A stretch of 64,000 nt of DNA from an uncultured Alphaproteobacteria bacterium (GCA_947588655.1 CANPYS010000004.1:3947-67946); one strand, 5' to 3'. Shown: positions 8,877-18,525, numbered from the stretch's first letter. Program-made: numbers and translations. Notes: a model not told the origin generated them from the sequence alone.

Positions 8877-10020
8877 CTTTGACGAAAACAAACTTTTTAA
8901 AAAAAGTGTTCCGTGGCGCGCTGTTTCAGGTAAAGCGTCAGACGACGATGTTTTGGAATCCGAAAATTTAAGTGGCAAAATTTTATGCGGTGAAAATTAC
9001 GCTGGACAAGACTTATCAAAAGCCGATTTCACAGCGGCAAACTTGCGTGAGGCAAATTTTTCAAAGGCAAATTTAGAAGGCGCAAACTTTACAAGCGCTG
9101 ATTTATCGGGCGCTAATTTGCGCGAGGCAAACTTAAACGGTGCTGTTTTTTCAAATGCCGTTTTGCGCAATGCCGACTTTAGAGGCGCTAAGATGAAGGG
9201 CGTTATTTTGGAAGGCGCCGACATTCAAGACGCTATTTTGCTTGATATTGAAATGGACAGGATTGCTCTTGACGAGCTTCAAGCTTTGGTGGAATGGTTG
9301 GCGATTTTTTATCCGCACAAACTAAACTTAAAACGGCTTAATTTGGCATTGCTTGACCTTTCTAAAATTGACTTGCGCGCGCTAGACTTACGGGGTGTTG
9401 ATTTAACCGGCGTCAATTTTACAGGCGTAAACATTTGGGAGCTTGATTTAAGCGAAACAAACATCACACCCGAGCAAATTGCGCAAGCACTTGGACGTCC
9501 GGCAACACCAAAAGAGCTCAAACAAATTATGGCGCCCAAAAAACGGCGTAAAAGAAGTTATGGCATAGATTTCTCAAGCTTTTTTGATTCAAGAGGCACG
9601 TTTGGCGTATTAGATTTAACAAAACACCCTGGCATTACGGTTGCGGCGCTTTTGAAAATGGGGAAAAGGCTTTATAACTTCGTTATCACAAAACCTGAGC
9701 TTGAAGATCATGAAATTATGGCTCAATTCCGCCAATCGCTTAATTTAACAGATGAAGACGCCATAAAAAAACATAAGCAAGAAATTGCGCGTGTTGTTCA
9801 AGAACGGCAAGAAAAAGAACGTGAATCGCAAGATTTTAAAGAGAACAAAACTATTGATATTACAGATTATGAGGCTTTTGAACGCGCGCAAAAAGCTGAA
9901 AAAGAAAACAAAATTAAAGAATCGCGCGAGAAATATCGCGAAAATGATAAACGAGCCCAAGAAACCGCCCGCGAGATATATGCTTATGCCCGTTCACGTG
10001 GACAACGCGAACGTGGTTAA
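8869..10020 (+). CDS. Pentapeptide-repeat protein with charged C-terminal tail
   Basis: A(D/N)L/F-x-x repeats (ANLRE, ANFSK, ANLEG, ADLSG...). Confidence 0.85.
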   Translation: MSDFDENKLFKKSVPWRAVSGKASDDDVLESENLSGKILCGENYAGQDLSKADFTAANLREANFSKANLEGANFTSADLSGANLREANLNGAVFSNAVLRNADFRGAKMKGVILEGADIQDAILLDIEMDRIALDELQALVEWLAIFYPHKLNLKRLNLALLDLSKIDLRALDLRGVDLTGVNFTGVNIWELDLSETNITPEQIAQALGRPATPKELKQIMAPKKRRKRSYGIDFSSFFDSRGTFGVLDLTKHPGITVAALLKMGKRLYNFVITKPELEDHEIMAQFRQSLNLTDEDAIKKHKQEIARVVQERQEKERESQDFKENKTIDITDYEAFERAQKAEKENKIKESREKYRENDKRAQETAREIYAYARSRGQRERG

Positions 10021-10104
10021 AAAGTGCTAAAAATTCTTGTGATTTCTAAAAATTTTGCTAAAATCCGAACATATTTAAATTAAAAAACAGATTTTTGCTT
10101 AAAA

Positions 10105-11424
10105 ATGGAAGAAACGCTTTTTTCAAATCAGGTTAAAAGACCTCTTGCCGATAGACTCCGCCCGCAAAATTTGAACGAGGTTGTCGGGCAAGACCATTTG
10201 GTTGGGGCAAACGCGCCTTTAGGGCGTATGCTTGCGAGTGGCAAAATCTCGTCATTTATTTTATGGGGACCACCGGGGTGCGGTAAAACGACCATCGCGC
10301 GCCTGATGGCGGAGCATACCAACCTTTATTTTGAGCAGATTTCCGCGGTTTTTTCGGGCGTAGCGGATTTAAAACGCGTGTTTCAATATGCCCAAGAGCG
10401 CCGTGCAAATCAAGGCAAAGGCACGCTTTTGTTTGTGGATGAAATTCATCGGTTTAACAAGTCGCAACAGGACGGCTTTTTGCCTTATGTGGAAGACGGC
10501 ACGGTCATTTTGGTCGGTGCCACCACGGAAAACCCCTCTTTTGAGCTAAACGCCGCTTTGCTCTCGCGGTGTCAGGTTTTTGTTTTGAACCGCCTCACCA
10601 CAGATGATTTTGAAGTACTTTTAGAGCGCGCCGAAAAAGAAACAGGGCGCAAACTTCCCGTTGATGATGAAGCGCGCAGTTTCATGAAAGAAATTGCCGA
10701 TGGCGACGGACGTTACATCTTAAATTTAGCGGAAAGCGTATGGGCTTATGCCAAAGAGGGCGAAACTTTTAACAAAGACAACATTGTCAACATCATTCGT
10801 TCGCGCGCGCCGGTTTATGACAAGGGGCGTGACGGGCATTATAACCTGATTTCCGCCGTGCATAAATCGCTCCGCGGATCAGATGTTGATGCCGCGCTTT
10901 ATTGGGTGGCGCGTATGCTTTCATCGGGGGAGGATCCGCGTTATTTGTTGCGGCGGCTTATTCGTTTTTCTATAGAAGATGTTTCGCTTGCTGATCCGAA
11001 TGCGGTGGTGCAAGCCGTGCATTGCGCGGAAGTTTATGAACGCTTGGGCTCGCCCGAGGGCGATTTAGCGGTGATGCAACTTGCTGCCTATTTAGCCACA
11101 GCGCCAAAATCCGCCGCCGTTTATAAGGCGATGGATAAGGCCTTTGCACTTGCCAAAAAGACAGGCTCGCTCATGCCACCGAAGCACATTTTGAACGCGC
11201 CGACAAAACTCATGAAAAATTTGGGTTATAGCGACGGCTATATTTATGATCAAAATTTGGAAGACGGCTTTTCAGGCCAAAATTATTTTCCGGACGGCAT
11301 TCAGCGCCAAAAGCTTTATGAGCCTGTGGAGCGTGGTTTTGAACGCGAGATTAAAAAGCGGATAGAATATTTTGATAATTTGCGCCGCGAAAAAAATAAA
11401 AATAAGAAAAAAGAGGAAAAATAA
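10105..11424 (+). CDS. rarA: Replication-associated recombination protein A
   Basis: PLADRLRP, GPPGCGKTT, DEIHRFNKSQQD, ATTENPSF, SLRGSDVDAALYW. Confidence 0.95.
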   Translation: MEETLFSNQVKRPLADRLRPQNLNEVVGQDHLVGANAPLGRMLASGKISSFILWGPPGCGKTTIARLMAEHTNLYFEQISAVFSGVADLKRVFQYAQERRANQGKGTLLFVDEIHRFNKSQQDGFLPYVEDGTVILVGATTENPSFELNAALLSRCQVFVLNRLTTDDFEVLLERAEKETGRKLPVDDEARSFMKEIADGDGRYILNLAESVWAYAKEGETFNKDNIVNIIRSRAPVYDKGRDGHYNLISAVHKSLRGSDVDAALYWVARMLSSGEDPRYLLRRLIRFSIEDVSLADPNAVVQAVHCAEVYERLGSPEGDLAVMQLAAYLATAPKSAAVYKAMDKAFALAKKTGSLMPPKHILNAPTKLMKNLGYSDGYIYDQNLEDGFSGQNYFPDGIQRQKLYEPVERGFEREIKKRIEYFDNLRREKNKNKKKEEK

Positions 11425-12360
11425 ATGGCGGGCGTTACCACGGTTTTGATTAAAAAAGAAGATGACGGTATTCGCTTAAACCGCTGGTTTTTGCGTGAAT
11501 ATCCGGCGCTTTCTTTGGGGCGGCTTCAAAAACTTTTGCGCACCAAGCAAATCAAGGTTGACGGCAAACGAGCGGAAGCCAACACGCGCCTTACCGCAGG
11601 GCAGGAATTACGCCTACCGCCACTTGATCGGGAAAAGGCCGCGCCGAAAGAACGTTCACTTTCAAAGGAAGATTTTTCCTTTGCGCAAAGTTTGGTCATT
11701 TATAAAGACGCAAACATTTTGGTCTTAAACAAGCCCTCAGGTTTGGCGGTACAAGGCGGGAGTGGCATTTCACGCCACTTAGACGGCATGTTAGACGCGC
11801 TCATGTTTGAGCTTTCGGAACGTCCTCGTTTGGTTCATCGGATTGATAAAGACACAAGCGGCGTGTTGGTTTTGGCGCGCAACCGCAATTATGCCGAAAT
11901 TTTAACAAAGGCTTTCCGCGAGCATCAAATGGGCAAAAAATATGCGCTTTTGTGTTATCATTGCCCGCCCAAAACGCAAGATATTATTCGCGCCCCGTTA
12001 GAAAAAATGGGCGAAAGAATGCGTGTTTCCGAGCAAGGCAAAAAGGCCGAAACCGCTTATCGCGTCATTGATTCTTTAGGCGAAAAGTTTGCGCTTGTTG
12101 AGGCGGAGCCTTTAACAGGGCGGACGCATCAAATCAGGGCGCATTTTGAATATATTGGTTGTCCGCTTGTTGGCGATACAAAATATGATGGCAATGAGCA
12201 TTCCAAAGCCTCGGGTTTATCCCGTAAATTACATTTGCATGCCTTTGAAATAGATTTATCGGCCGTCAGTTCCAAAAAAACAGTTGTCAAAGCGCCTCTG
12301 CCTGACTATTTTATAGAAGATGCCACCGCGTTGGGGCTTAATATGAAGGAGTTTGCCTAA
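11425..12360 (+). CDS. RluA-family pseudouridine synthase with S4 domain (RluC-like)
   Basis: NKPSGLAVQGG, VHRIDKDTSG, TGRTHQIRAH, LHLHA. Confidence 0.9.
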   Translation: MAGVTTVLIKKEDDGIRLNRWFLREYPALSLGRLQKLLRTKQIKVDGKRAEANTRLTAGQELRLPPLDREKAAPKERSLSKEDFSFAQSLVIYKDANILVLNKPSGLAVQGGSGISRHLDGMLDALMFELSERPRLVHRIDKDTSGVLVLARNRNYAEILTKAFREHQMGKKYALLCYHCPPKTQDIIRAPLEKMGERMRVSEQGKKAETAYRVIDSLGEKFALVEAEPLTGRTHQIRAHFEYIGCPLVGDTKYDGNEHSKASGLSRKLHLHAFEIDLSAVSSKKTVVKAPLPDYFIEDATALGLNMKEFA

Positions 12361-14450
12361 TGATAAAATTTATAAAGTTTGTCTTTTGGACAATTTTTTT
12401 GATTGTGCTTGTTGCCGCAATCGGGATTTTTGTGTTTATCAAAACGTTTGATTTGAACAAGTATAAATCGTACGCCGAACGCGTGGTTTATGAGCAAACA
12501 GGGCGCAAACTTTCCTTAAACGGCGACGCATGGCTCAAAATATCGCTTATGCCAACAGCGGTTTTGAATGACGTGAGCTTGAGCAACCCTTCATGGACGC
12601 CAACGCCTGATATGGTCAAGGCAAAATCGGTTGAAGTTTCTCTTTCCGTTTTGCCTCTTTTAGATAAAGAAATTGTGATTGATACCGTCAAGCTTGTAGA
12701 ACCTGAGGTTTATTTGTATGTGAGCAAAACGGGGCAAAACAACTGGACATTTGAAAAACCAGGGGTCAAACTTGCGCAAGCAGAACCAGAAAGCGCAACC
12801 GATGCCGTGCCAGAGGTTTCCGCCCCGCTGAATTTGGTGGCTAAAGAGGTTGATATCACGGACGGTATTGTCATTTATCACGACTTAAAAAGTGGCGCAA
12901 AAACTGATGTTCGCGTTCAGTCTTTTGATTTAACGGCAGAAGATATGACCAGCGATGTTGATATTGTGACCGATTTGTTGTTTAACGGCGAAAAAATCGC
13001 GTTAAGCGCCACCACGGGTTCCATTCAGACACTTTTGCGCGATGAGCCTGATTTTCCGGTTCATGCCAAAGTCAAAGCTTATGGCGCGACGGCTGACGCA
13101 GATTTGAAGCTTTCCGGACTTTTAAGCGGTAACATTTCCTTTACAGGCGATGTCAATGCGCACAATCCGGCGGGTAATTTTGGCGCGCCTGATATGAATG
13201 TGCAAACGGCTTTAAGTGGCAATTTTACAAATATTGTGGCGCAAATTCAAAAATTAAATGTCAACGGCAATATAATCACAGGAACAGTTAAGGCTGATTT
13301 AAGCGGTGCAAAGCCTTATATAAACGCGGTTCTTAAAAGCCCCAAAATTGATGTGGCAAAGTTTTCCGCGCCGGTTAAAAAAGCAAGCATAAACCTTGTG
13401 TCCACCGCCGAGGCGGCAAGCTTTGTGCCAGCGACACCGCTTGACTTGAGCGCGCTCAACATTTTAAACGCTGATGCCAAAATAAACATCTCTCAACTTG
13501 TGGTGAATCAAGACTTAAGCTTAAACAATGTGGCTTTAACAGCCAAGTTAAACAAAGGTGTTTTAAGCTTGAATCCCTTAAGCCTTGAGCTTGGTGGCGG
13601 TCAAGTTACGGGCAATGCAAGCGTCAACAGTCAGCAAAAGATTTTCGTTGCCGACTTAACCGGCAAAAACATTGTTTTGCAAAAAATGTTGCCTTATTTA
13701 TCGCATCCCCAACCAGGAGCTTTTGGAATAACAGAGGGCGGCGTGACAGATTTGCGCTTAAAGCTTAATTCTCAAGGGAGCGATTTGCGCAAGATTGTTG
13801 AAAATTTGGACGGGCAAGTCATTTTGATTGTTGATCGCTCTCAAATCCAAACCGGCTCGCTGAAATATCTTCAAGGCTATTTGCTCACATCTATCTTAAA
13901 AACGCTTAATGTCCGAACAAAAGAGCCGCATATGACCTTAAAATGCGGCGTGGTGCGTGCGGATATTCAAAAGGGCTTGGTTAAATTTCCGAAAGGGATT
14001 GTTTTTCATGCCAAGAGCTTAACAGTTGTGAGCGACGGCACGCTTAATTTGAAAAACGACAATCTGAACCTAACCATCAAGCCCTTTAACGGCAAAATTA
14101 CAGATACAAACGTTGTGCAAGCCATTTCTTCGCTTTTGAAGGTTGAGGGGACAGTTCAAAATCCGCGCTTGACGTTGGATAATTCGGCTGTTATTAAAAA
14201 TGTGGTTGGGATTGCCGCGGCCGGTCCGGCGTTTTTGAGCTCAGAGCTTTTGTTTGATGCAGATGAATCGCCCTGCTACACAGCACTTAAAGGCACATCG
14301 TATGAAAAGATGTTTCCAGCGCCAAAAGGTGTTCAGGCAAAAGGGCAAAACGTTTATCAGGGCGCAACAGATGCAATTAGCGGCGGTGTGAATATGATAA
14401 CCGATACCGCCAAAGGCTTTTTTAACATGCTAACAGGAAAGAAAAAATAA
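12360..14450 (+). CDS. asmA: AsmA family protein
   Basis: N-terminal anchor plus FDLNKYK...QTGRKLSL...VLNDVSLSNP; beta-rich 696 aa. Confidence 0.8.
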   Translation: MIKFIKFVFWTIFLIVLVAAIGIFVFIKTFDLNKYKSYAERVVYEQTGRKLSLNGDAWLKISLMPTAVLNDVSLSNPSWTPTPDMVKAKSVEVSLSVLPLLDKEIVIDTVKLVEPEVYLYVSKTGQNNWTFEKPGVKLAQAEPESATDAVPEVSAPLNLVAKEVDITDGIVIYHDLKSGAKTDVRVQSFDLTAEDMTSDVDIVTDLLFNGEKIALSATTGSIQTLLRDEPDFPVHAKVKAYGATADADLKLSGLLSGNISFTGDVNAHNPAGNFGAPDMNVQTALSGNFTNIVAQIQKLNVNGNIITGTVKADLSGAKPYINAVLKSPKIDVAKFSAPVKKASINLVSTAEAASFVPATPLDLSALNILNADAKINISQLVVNQDLSLNNVALTAKLNKGVLSLNPLSLELGGGQVTGNASVNSQQKIFVADLTGKNIVLQKMLPYLSHPQPGAFGITEGGVTDLRLKLNSQGSDLRKIVENLDGQVILIVDRSQIQTGSLKYLQGYLLTSILKTLNVRTKEPHMTLKCGVVRADIQKGLVKFPKGIVFHAKSLTVVSDGTLNLKNDNLNLTIKPFNGKITDTNVVQAISSLLKVEGTVQNPRLTLDNSAVIKNVVGIAAAGPAFLSSELLFDADESPCYTALKGTSYEKMFPAPKGVQAKGQNVYQGATDAISGGVNMITDTAKGFFNMLTGKKK

Positions 14451-14954
14451 ATGCAACAAAACTGGGAAAAATTAGAAAAAGAAATTGCTTTACATCGGGC
14501 GGAATTAACTGAACGCTTAACAGACTTTGCAAGAACGGATGTTATGCTTTTTTTAAGCACCGATAAAAAGCTTTTAGAACAACAAAAAGAAAAATGGCTA
14601 CCGGTTGTTAATTGGGTTAATGCGACCGTGAATACTGATTTTAAGCCGACAACATCGCTTGATGTTCCGCAAGTCAGTAAAGATTTCTTAAAAGATTTTA
14701 AAAACTATATCAGTTCTTTTAGCGATAAAGAAATGACTGTATTTTATACAGCCGCTCTTGATATGCATTCTGTTTTGTTGGCTTTGGCGCTTGTTAAAGG
14801 TAAAATTGACGCCAAACAAGCGTTTGAACTTTCAGAAATGGAAGAGCTTTTTCAAGCCCGCAATTGGGGCAAAGAGCCGGTTGCCGAAGCCAGACGAAAA
14901 GCTATCCGCGATAAGTTGGTTGATGCGGAAGCTTATTTGAGGGAATGCGCCTAA
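14451..14954 (+). CDS. ATP12-family chaperone
   Basis: TDVMLF...QKEKWLPVVNW...LHSVLLALAL...AFELSEMEELFQARNWG. Confidence 0.75.
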   Translation: MQQNWEKLEKEIALHRAELTERLTDFARTDVMLFLSTDKKLLEQQKEKWLPVVNWVNATVNTDFKPTTSLDVPQVSKDFLKDFKNYISSFSDKEMTVFYTAALDMHSVLLALALVKGKIDAKQAFELSEMEELFQARNWGKEPVAEARRKAIRDKLVDAEAYLRECA

Positions 14955-14961
14955 ATAATAG

Positions 14962-14980
14962 AAAAGCTTGGAAGCTTTTT
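14962..14980. terminator. Short hairpin at convergent gene junction
   Basis: aaaagct-tgga-agcttttt; weak stem. Confidence 0.3.
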
Positions 14981-16151
14981 ACGGTTCACTTTGCCAATTT
15001 TGCGATTTTTCCACATCTGATAAAAGCGTTGTGGCGGGGTTTGTTGGGTGATATGTTTTGCCCTCCAAGACCAAGGTGTCGGTTGTATTTTGAGCTGTAA
15101 CATATATGTTAGCTCCACCCAACTTCTTAATCTCCAAATATGCCGGCGCGGCGGAAGTCCCCTTTAAAATGAAAGTTACTTTTTTACCATCCATATTCAC
15201 ACCACTTTTAGCATCCAACACAACTCTTGAACCTTCACCAACGGTCAACGTACTTTCTGCATTGTCCACATTACCATAGAAAACGGTGCTTGGTGTGCTG
15301 AAAGTTAACTCGGAATGTCGAAGCGTGAGATGTGAACGTTTCATCAGAACGCGAGTGGTTGTTATATTTAATCTTGAGTTCTCAACCAAAACGGTGGAAT
15401 CGCCTATCAAATCTTTTGAAGTAGATATTGTGACTTGAGCATCTTTAAACCGAAGATCGTGAGCATAATACGCCAATTGATAACCGTTAAGCGTAAATTG
15501 CATATTTCCAGATAAGGTCAAGACACCTTCCCCGCTAAAAATACCGGCATTATGACTGCCTAGTTGCTCAGTTATGGTCAAATTATTGACTTCTGCTTCA
15601 TTGCCGCTATTTGCATTAATTAGAGTTACAGACTCCATCCCTTCGCCTTTTGTAACAAGAGAAAGATTTTGAAGTTTCGTTTGCGAAGTCAGATAAAATT
15701 TTTTAGCTCCAGGAATAGTCAGCGTATGATTAGCACCGTCAATCGTTGTATGACCGTACACCCAAAAATTAGAAACATCTGTCATGGTGATATTGTTACG
15801 CATCGTGACAATTTTGCATTTGCCCGAGCTTGCAAGGTCACTAAGCTCCTCAGCATTGGTGGCAAAACAAGGCGATTGACAGGCTGTATAAGTGTTATCC
15901 GTTTTGCAATGCGCGATATCCGCGCACCAATCTGATTTATCTGATTGTGTAAAGCCTAACGCCTCACAACTGTACTGAACACACTTTTTATATGATTGGT
16001 CGTAAGGGCAAAAAATATAACCATTTTTATCACATTTTGGATTATCTTCTTTGGAATAATTTAACTCTGCACAAGTTGGTTGTTTGCTACAATCTAGCGC
16101 TACCGCCTGATTTGAAAATAAAATTGCTATGAAAAATAAAATATACTTCAT
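14979..16151 (-). CDS. Secreted hypothetical protein: Cys-rich N-domain plus beta-helix-like C-domain
   Basis: Start MKYILFFIAILFSNQAVA at 16151 with GGAGG RBS; about 10 Cys in the first ~115 aa, then T/V/L/G-rich beta repeats. Confidence 0.7.
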   Translation of the reverse strand: MKYILFFIAILFSNQAVALDCSKQPTCAELNYSKEDNPKCDKNGYIFCPYDQSYKKCVQYSCEALGFTQSDKSDWCADIAHCKTDNTYTACQSPCFATNAEELSDLASSGKCKIVTMRNNITMTDVSNFWVYGHTTIDGANHTLTIPGAKKFYLTSQTKLQNLSLVTKGEGMESVTLINANSGNEAEVNNLTITEQLGSHNAGIFSGEGVLTLSGNMQFTLNGYQLAYYAHDLRFKDAQVTISTSKDLIGDSTVLVENSRLNITTTRVLMKRSHLTLRHSELTFSTPSTVFYGNVDNAESTLTVGEGSRVVLDAKSGVNMDGKKVTFILKGTSAAPAYLEIKKLGGANIYVTAQNTTDTLVLEGKTYHPTNPATTLLSDVEKSQNWQSEP

Positions 16152-16185
16152 TTTTTCCTCCTTAATTATAAAGTCTCCCATCCGA

Positions 16186-16469
16186 ATCGTCACCCCGAAT
16201 CGCCCCAAAGCGTCATCCCGAGCCCCTCAAAAATCGTCATTCTGAGGCGGTTTACCGCCGAAGAATCCAGGATAACAAAAGCATCCGAATCGTCATCCCG
16301 AATCGCCCCCCAAACGTCATCCTGAACGCCCTAAACGTCATGCTGAACTTGTTTCAGCATCTCCTCCAAATTGTCATGCTGAACTTGTTTCAGCATCTCC
16401 TCCAAAAGTCATGCTGAACTTGTTTCAGCATCTCTTTTTATGAGCTCCCAAAACGAGTTTGGAATGACG
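16186..16469. repeat. Array of CGTC-type REP-like palindromes and truncated arms
   Basis: Three tandem GTCATGCTGAACTTGTTTCAGCATCTC (16337, 16373, 16408); degenerate right arm ...GAGTTTGGAATGACG ending at 16469; several truncated CGTCAT/CGTCAC starts; CGTCATTCTGAGGCGGTTTACCGCCGAAGAATCCAGG at 16235-16271. Confidence 0.8.
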
Positions 16470-16492
16470 TTTGAGAGAGATTTTTCCTCTCT

Positions 16493-16598
16493 CAAAAAAA
16501 CGTACGTTTAAATGTTCAAATTATCTAGCGAAAAAATATTTGGAAAAACAATGCATTATTTGCTTGACAAAATGCACATTTAAAGGTACGTTTTTTTG
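16493..16598. promoter_or_regulatory. Inverted-repeat-flanked promoter, candidate invertible element 1
   Basis: Arms 16493-16515 and 16576-16598 pair at 22/23; TTGACA (16564-16569) lies 17 bp from TACGTT (16587-16592). Confidence 0.55.
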
Positions 16599-16642
16599 CA
16601 CACATTTTATTGATAAATCGTTGATTTTGCTTATAACATTTG

Positions 16643-16739
16643 CGTCATTCTGAGGCGGTTTACCGCCGAAGAATCCAGGTGGAAAATAAAGCTATATTGT
16701 TGTCCTAGACTCTTCCACCCTTCGGGTGTCAGAGTGACG
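16643..16739. repeat. Complete CGTC-type REP/MITE-like element
   Basis: Left arm identical to 16235-16271; right arm CCTAGACTCTTCCACCCTTCGGGTGTCAGAGTGACG. Confidence 0.8.
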
Positions 16740-16825
16740 TTTTTGGAAAATTTTTCCTCTCTCGTTCTAGCCAAAGAAATGTGGAGAGTGGTACAGATAA
16801 AGTCGTTTTAAGGGCGCGCGAGGAT

Positions 16826-16851
16826 AAAAACAACCCCGACGGGTTGTTTTT
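16826..16851. terminator. Hairpin with A/T flanks, downstream of fabZ
   Basis: aaaaacaaccc-cgac-gggttgttttt. Confidence 0.5.
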
Positions 16852-16921
16852 ACCGCAAGCGGCGTAGCTTTGTTAAAACTGCTAGGGAGCGATAGCGACC
16901 GCGGCAGGTTTTATAAAGCAA

Positions 16922-16974
16922 GTGACCGAAGCGAGTTAGCGATTGCTCAAAGAGCAGAGCTTACGAGCAAGACA
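16922..16974 (-). repeat. Second palindromic repeat family (also at 63785 and 63938)
   Basis: Reverse complement reads TGTCTTGCTCGTAAGCT-hairpin-GCTAACTCGCTTCGGTCAC. Confidence 0.75.
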
Positions 16975-17051
16975 AAATTCTAGTGTACAAAAGAGGTACA
17001 TGAATTTCCCGAGACCCGAAAAAACGGCTTTAGATGTGCCGCTATACGCCT

Positions 17052-17492
17052 TTATTCTAATATCATGGCGGTGAATTCGGCTTCTGAAACTACAGCCCCC
17101 TCCACCATCGCCTGACCGCGGAAAACAAAAACATTGCGACGCGCGTGGATTTTTTCTACATGCATTTGGAGCTGATCGCCAGGCTTCACGGGCTTGCGGA
17201 ATTTAACGCCGTCTATAGACATAAAAAGAACATTGCGCTTTGTATCGGCATAATTTTCATCTTGCGAAACAACAATCGCGCCGGCTGTTTGTGCCATCGC
17301 CTCAATTTGCAAAACGCCGGGCATAACGGGATTGCCGGGAAAATGCCCTTGGAAAAATTCTTCATTCATGGTCACATTTTTAATGCCAACGCCTTTTTCG
17401 CCCGGAACTTCCACTTGCAGACGATCTACAAGCAAAAACGGATAGCGATGCGGGAGCATTTTCATAATTTCTTCAATACGATATTCTTTCAT
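17052..17492 (-). CDS. fabZ: 3-hydroxyacyl-ACP dehydratase
   Basis: LPHRYPFLLVDR, FFQGHFPGNPVMPGVLQIEAMAQ. Confidence 0.97.
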   Translation of the reverse strand: MKEYRIEEIMKMLPHRYPFLLVDRLQVEVPGEKGVGIKNVTMNEEFFQGHFPGNPVMPGVLQIEAMAQTAGAIVVSQDENYADTKRNVLFMSIDGVKFRKPVKPGDQLQMHVEKIHARRNVFVFRGQAMVEGAVVSEAEFTAMILE

Positions 17493-17500
17493 TTTTTCCT

Positions 17501-18514
17501 CTACTTTTTACTGTTTTTTTGTAAAAACGCCACTTGACGCATATAATCTTTGAACGGCACAGCCGGCGAACCCATCACCACGGTTTGCGGCTCAATATCG
17601 CGCATAATGCCCGATTGCGCCGCCACTTGCGCGCCACTACCGATATGAATATGGTCGGCAATGCCGGCTTGACCGCCTGTCACAACATAATCGCCAAACG
17701 TGCAACTGCCGGCAATACCGGTTTGCGAAACAATCACGCAACCACGCCCCATCTTATCGTTATGCGCAATTTGCACCAAATTATCAATGCGGCAACCATC
17801 GCCGATAATGGTGTTTCCAAGCGCGCCACGATCAATACAGGTATTAGCCCCAACTTCAACATCATTGCCCAAGAGCAAAAGTCCGACTTGCGGAATGCGC
17901 ACATGTTGCCCATTCACAAGCTGAAAGCCAAAGCCATCTGTACCCAAACGCGCGCCGCTAAAAATAAAGCAATTATCGCCCATTTTGGTATAGCTCACAT
18001 AAGCATTGACGCCGATTCGGCAGTTGTTGCCCAAGACACACCCGCGCCCGATATAACATCCGGCCTCTAAGCGGCAACCGTCACCAACAACGGCATTTTC
18101 TTCCACAACAACATTTTCGCCAACAAAGCATCCCTGCCCGATTTTGGCACTCGGATGAATTTTGGCGCTTGCCGCAACGCCCGCTTGAGGGGCATATTCG
18201 GCATAAAATGCCTGATTTAAGGTAAGAAACGCGGTTTTCGGGTCCGGATGAACCAAAACAACCACGCCCGCCGGCACAAAGTTTTTGAGTTCTTCGGTCG
18301 TCACACAGGCGCTTGCCTTCATTTCAGAGGCTTTTGCCTTGGCTTTTTTATCATAAAAGAAGCAAATTTCGCCCTCTACCGCTGTTTCCATAGGCGCGAT
18401 ATCGCGGATTTTAACCGTATTATCAGCATCAGGCGACATCACGGCGCCGGTCAGCTTGCAGATATAGTTTAAGCAGAACGGCCCCTTATTTTGATAAAAC
18501 GCTGTATCAACCAT
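17501..18514 (-). CDS. lpxD: UDP-3-O-acylglucosamine N-acyltransferase
   Basis: Hexapeptide repeats; [31 protein letters not shown]. Confidence 0.95.
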   Translation of the reverse strand: MVDTAFYQNKGPFCLNYICKLTGAVMSPDADNTVKIRDIAPMETAVEGEICFFYDKKAKAKASEMKASACVTTEELKNFVPAGVVVLVHPDPKTAFLTLNQAFYAEYAPQAGVAASAKIHPSAKIGQGCFVGENVVVEENAVVGDGCRLEAGCYIGRGCVLGNNCRIGVNAYVSYTKMGDNCFIFSGARLGTDGFGFQLVNGQHVRIPQVGLLLLGNDVEVGANTCIDRGALGNTIIGDGCRIDNLVQIAHNDKMGRGCVIVSQTGIAGSCTFGDYVVTGGQAGIADHIHIGSGAQVAAQSGIMRDIEPQTVVMGSPAVPFKDYMRQVAFLQKNSKK

Positions 18515-18525
18515 AAACGTCTCCT

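Noticed and set aside
16337-16434. Three 27-bp palindromic direct repeats as a CRISPR array
   Set aside because: Spacers are only 8-9 bp and near-identical, there are no cas genes, and the unit matches CGTC-type REP palindromes.
16471-16653. 60-aa ORF across element 1 as a transposase or leader peptide
   Set aside because: No RBS or motifs; the sequence is better explained as IR and REP DNA.
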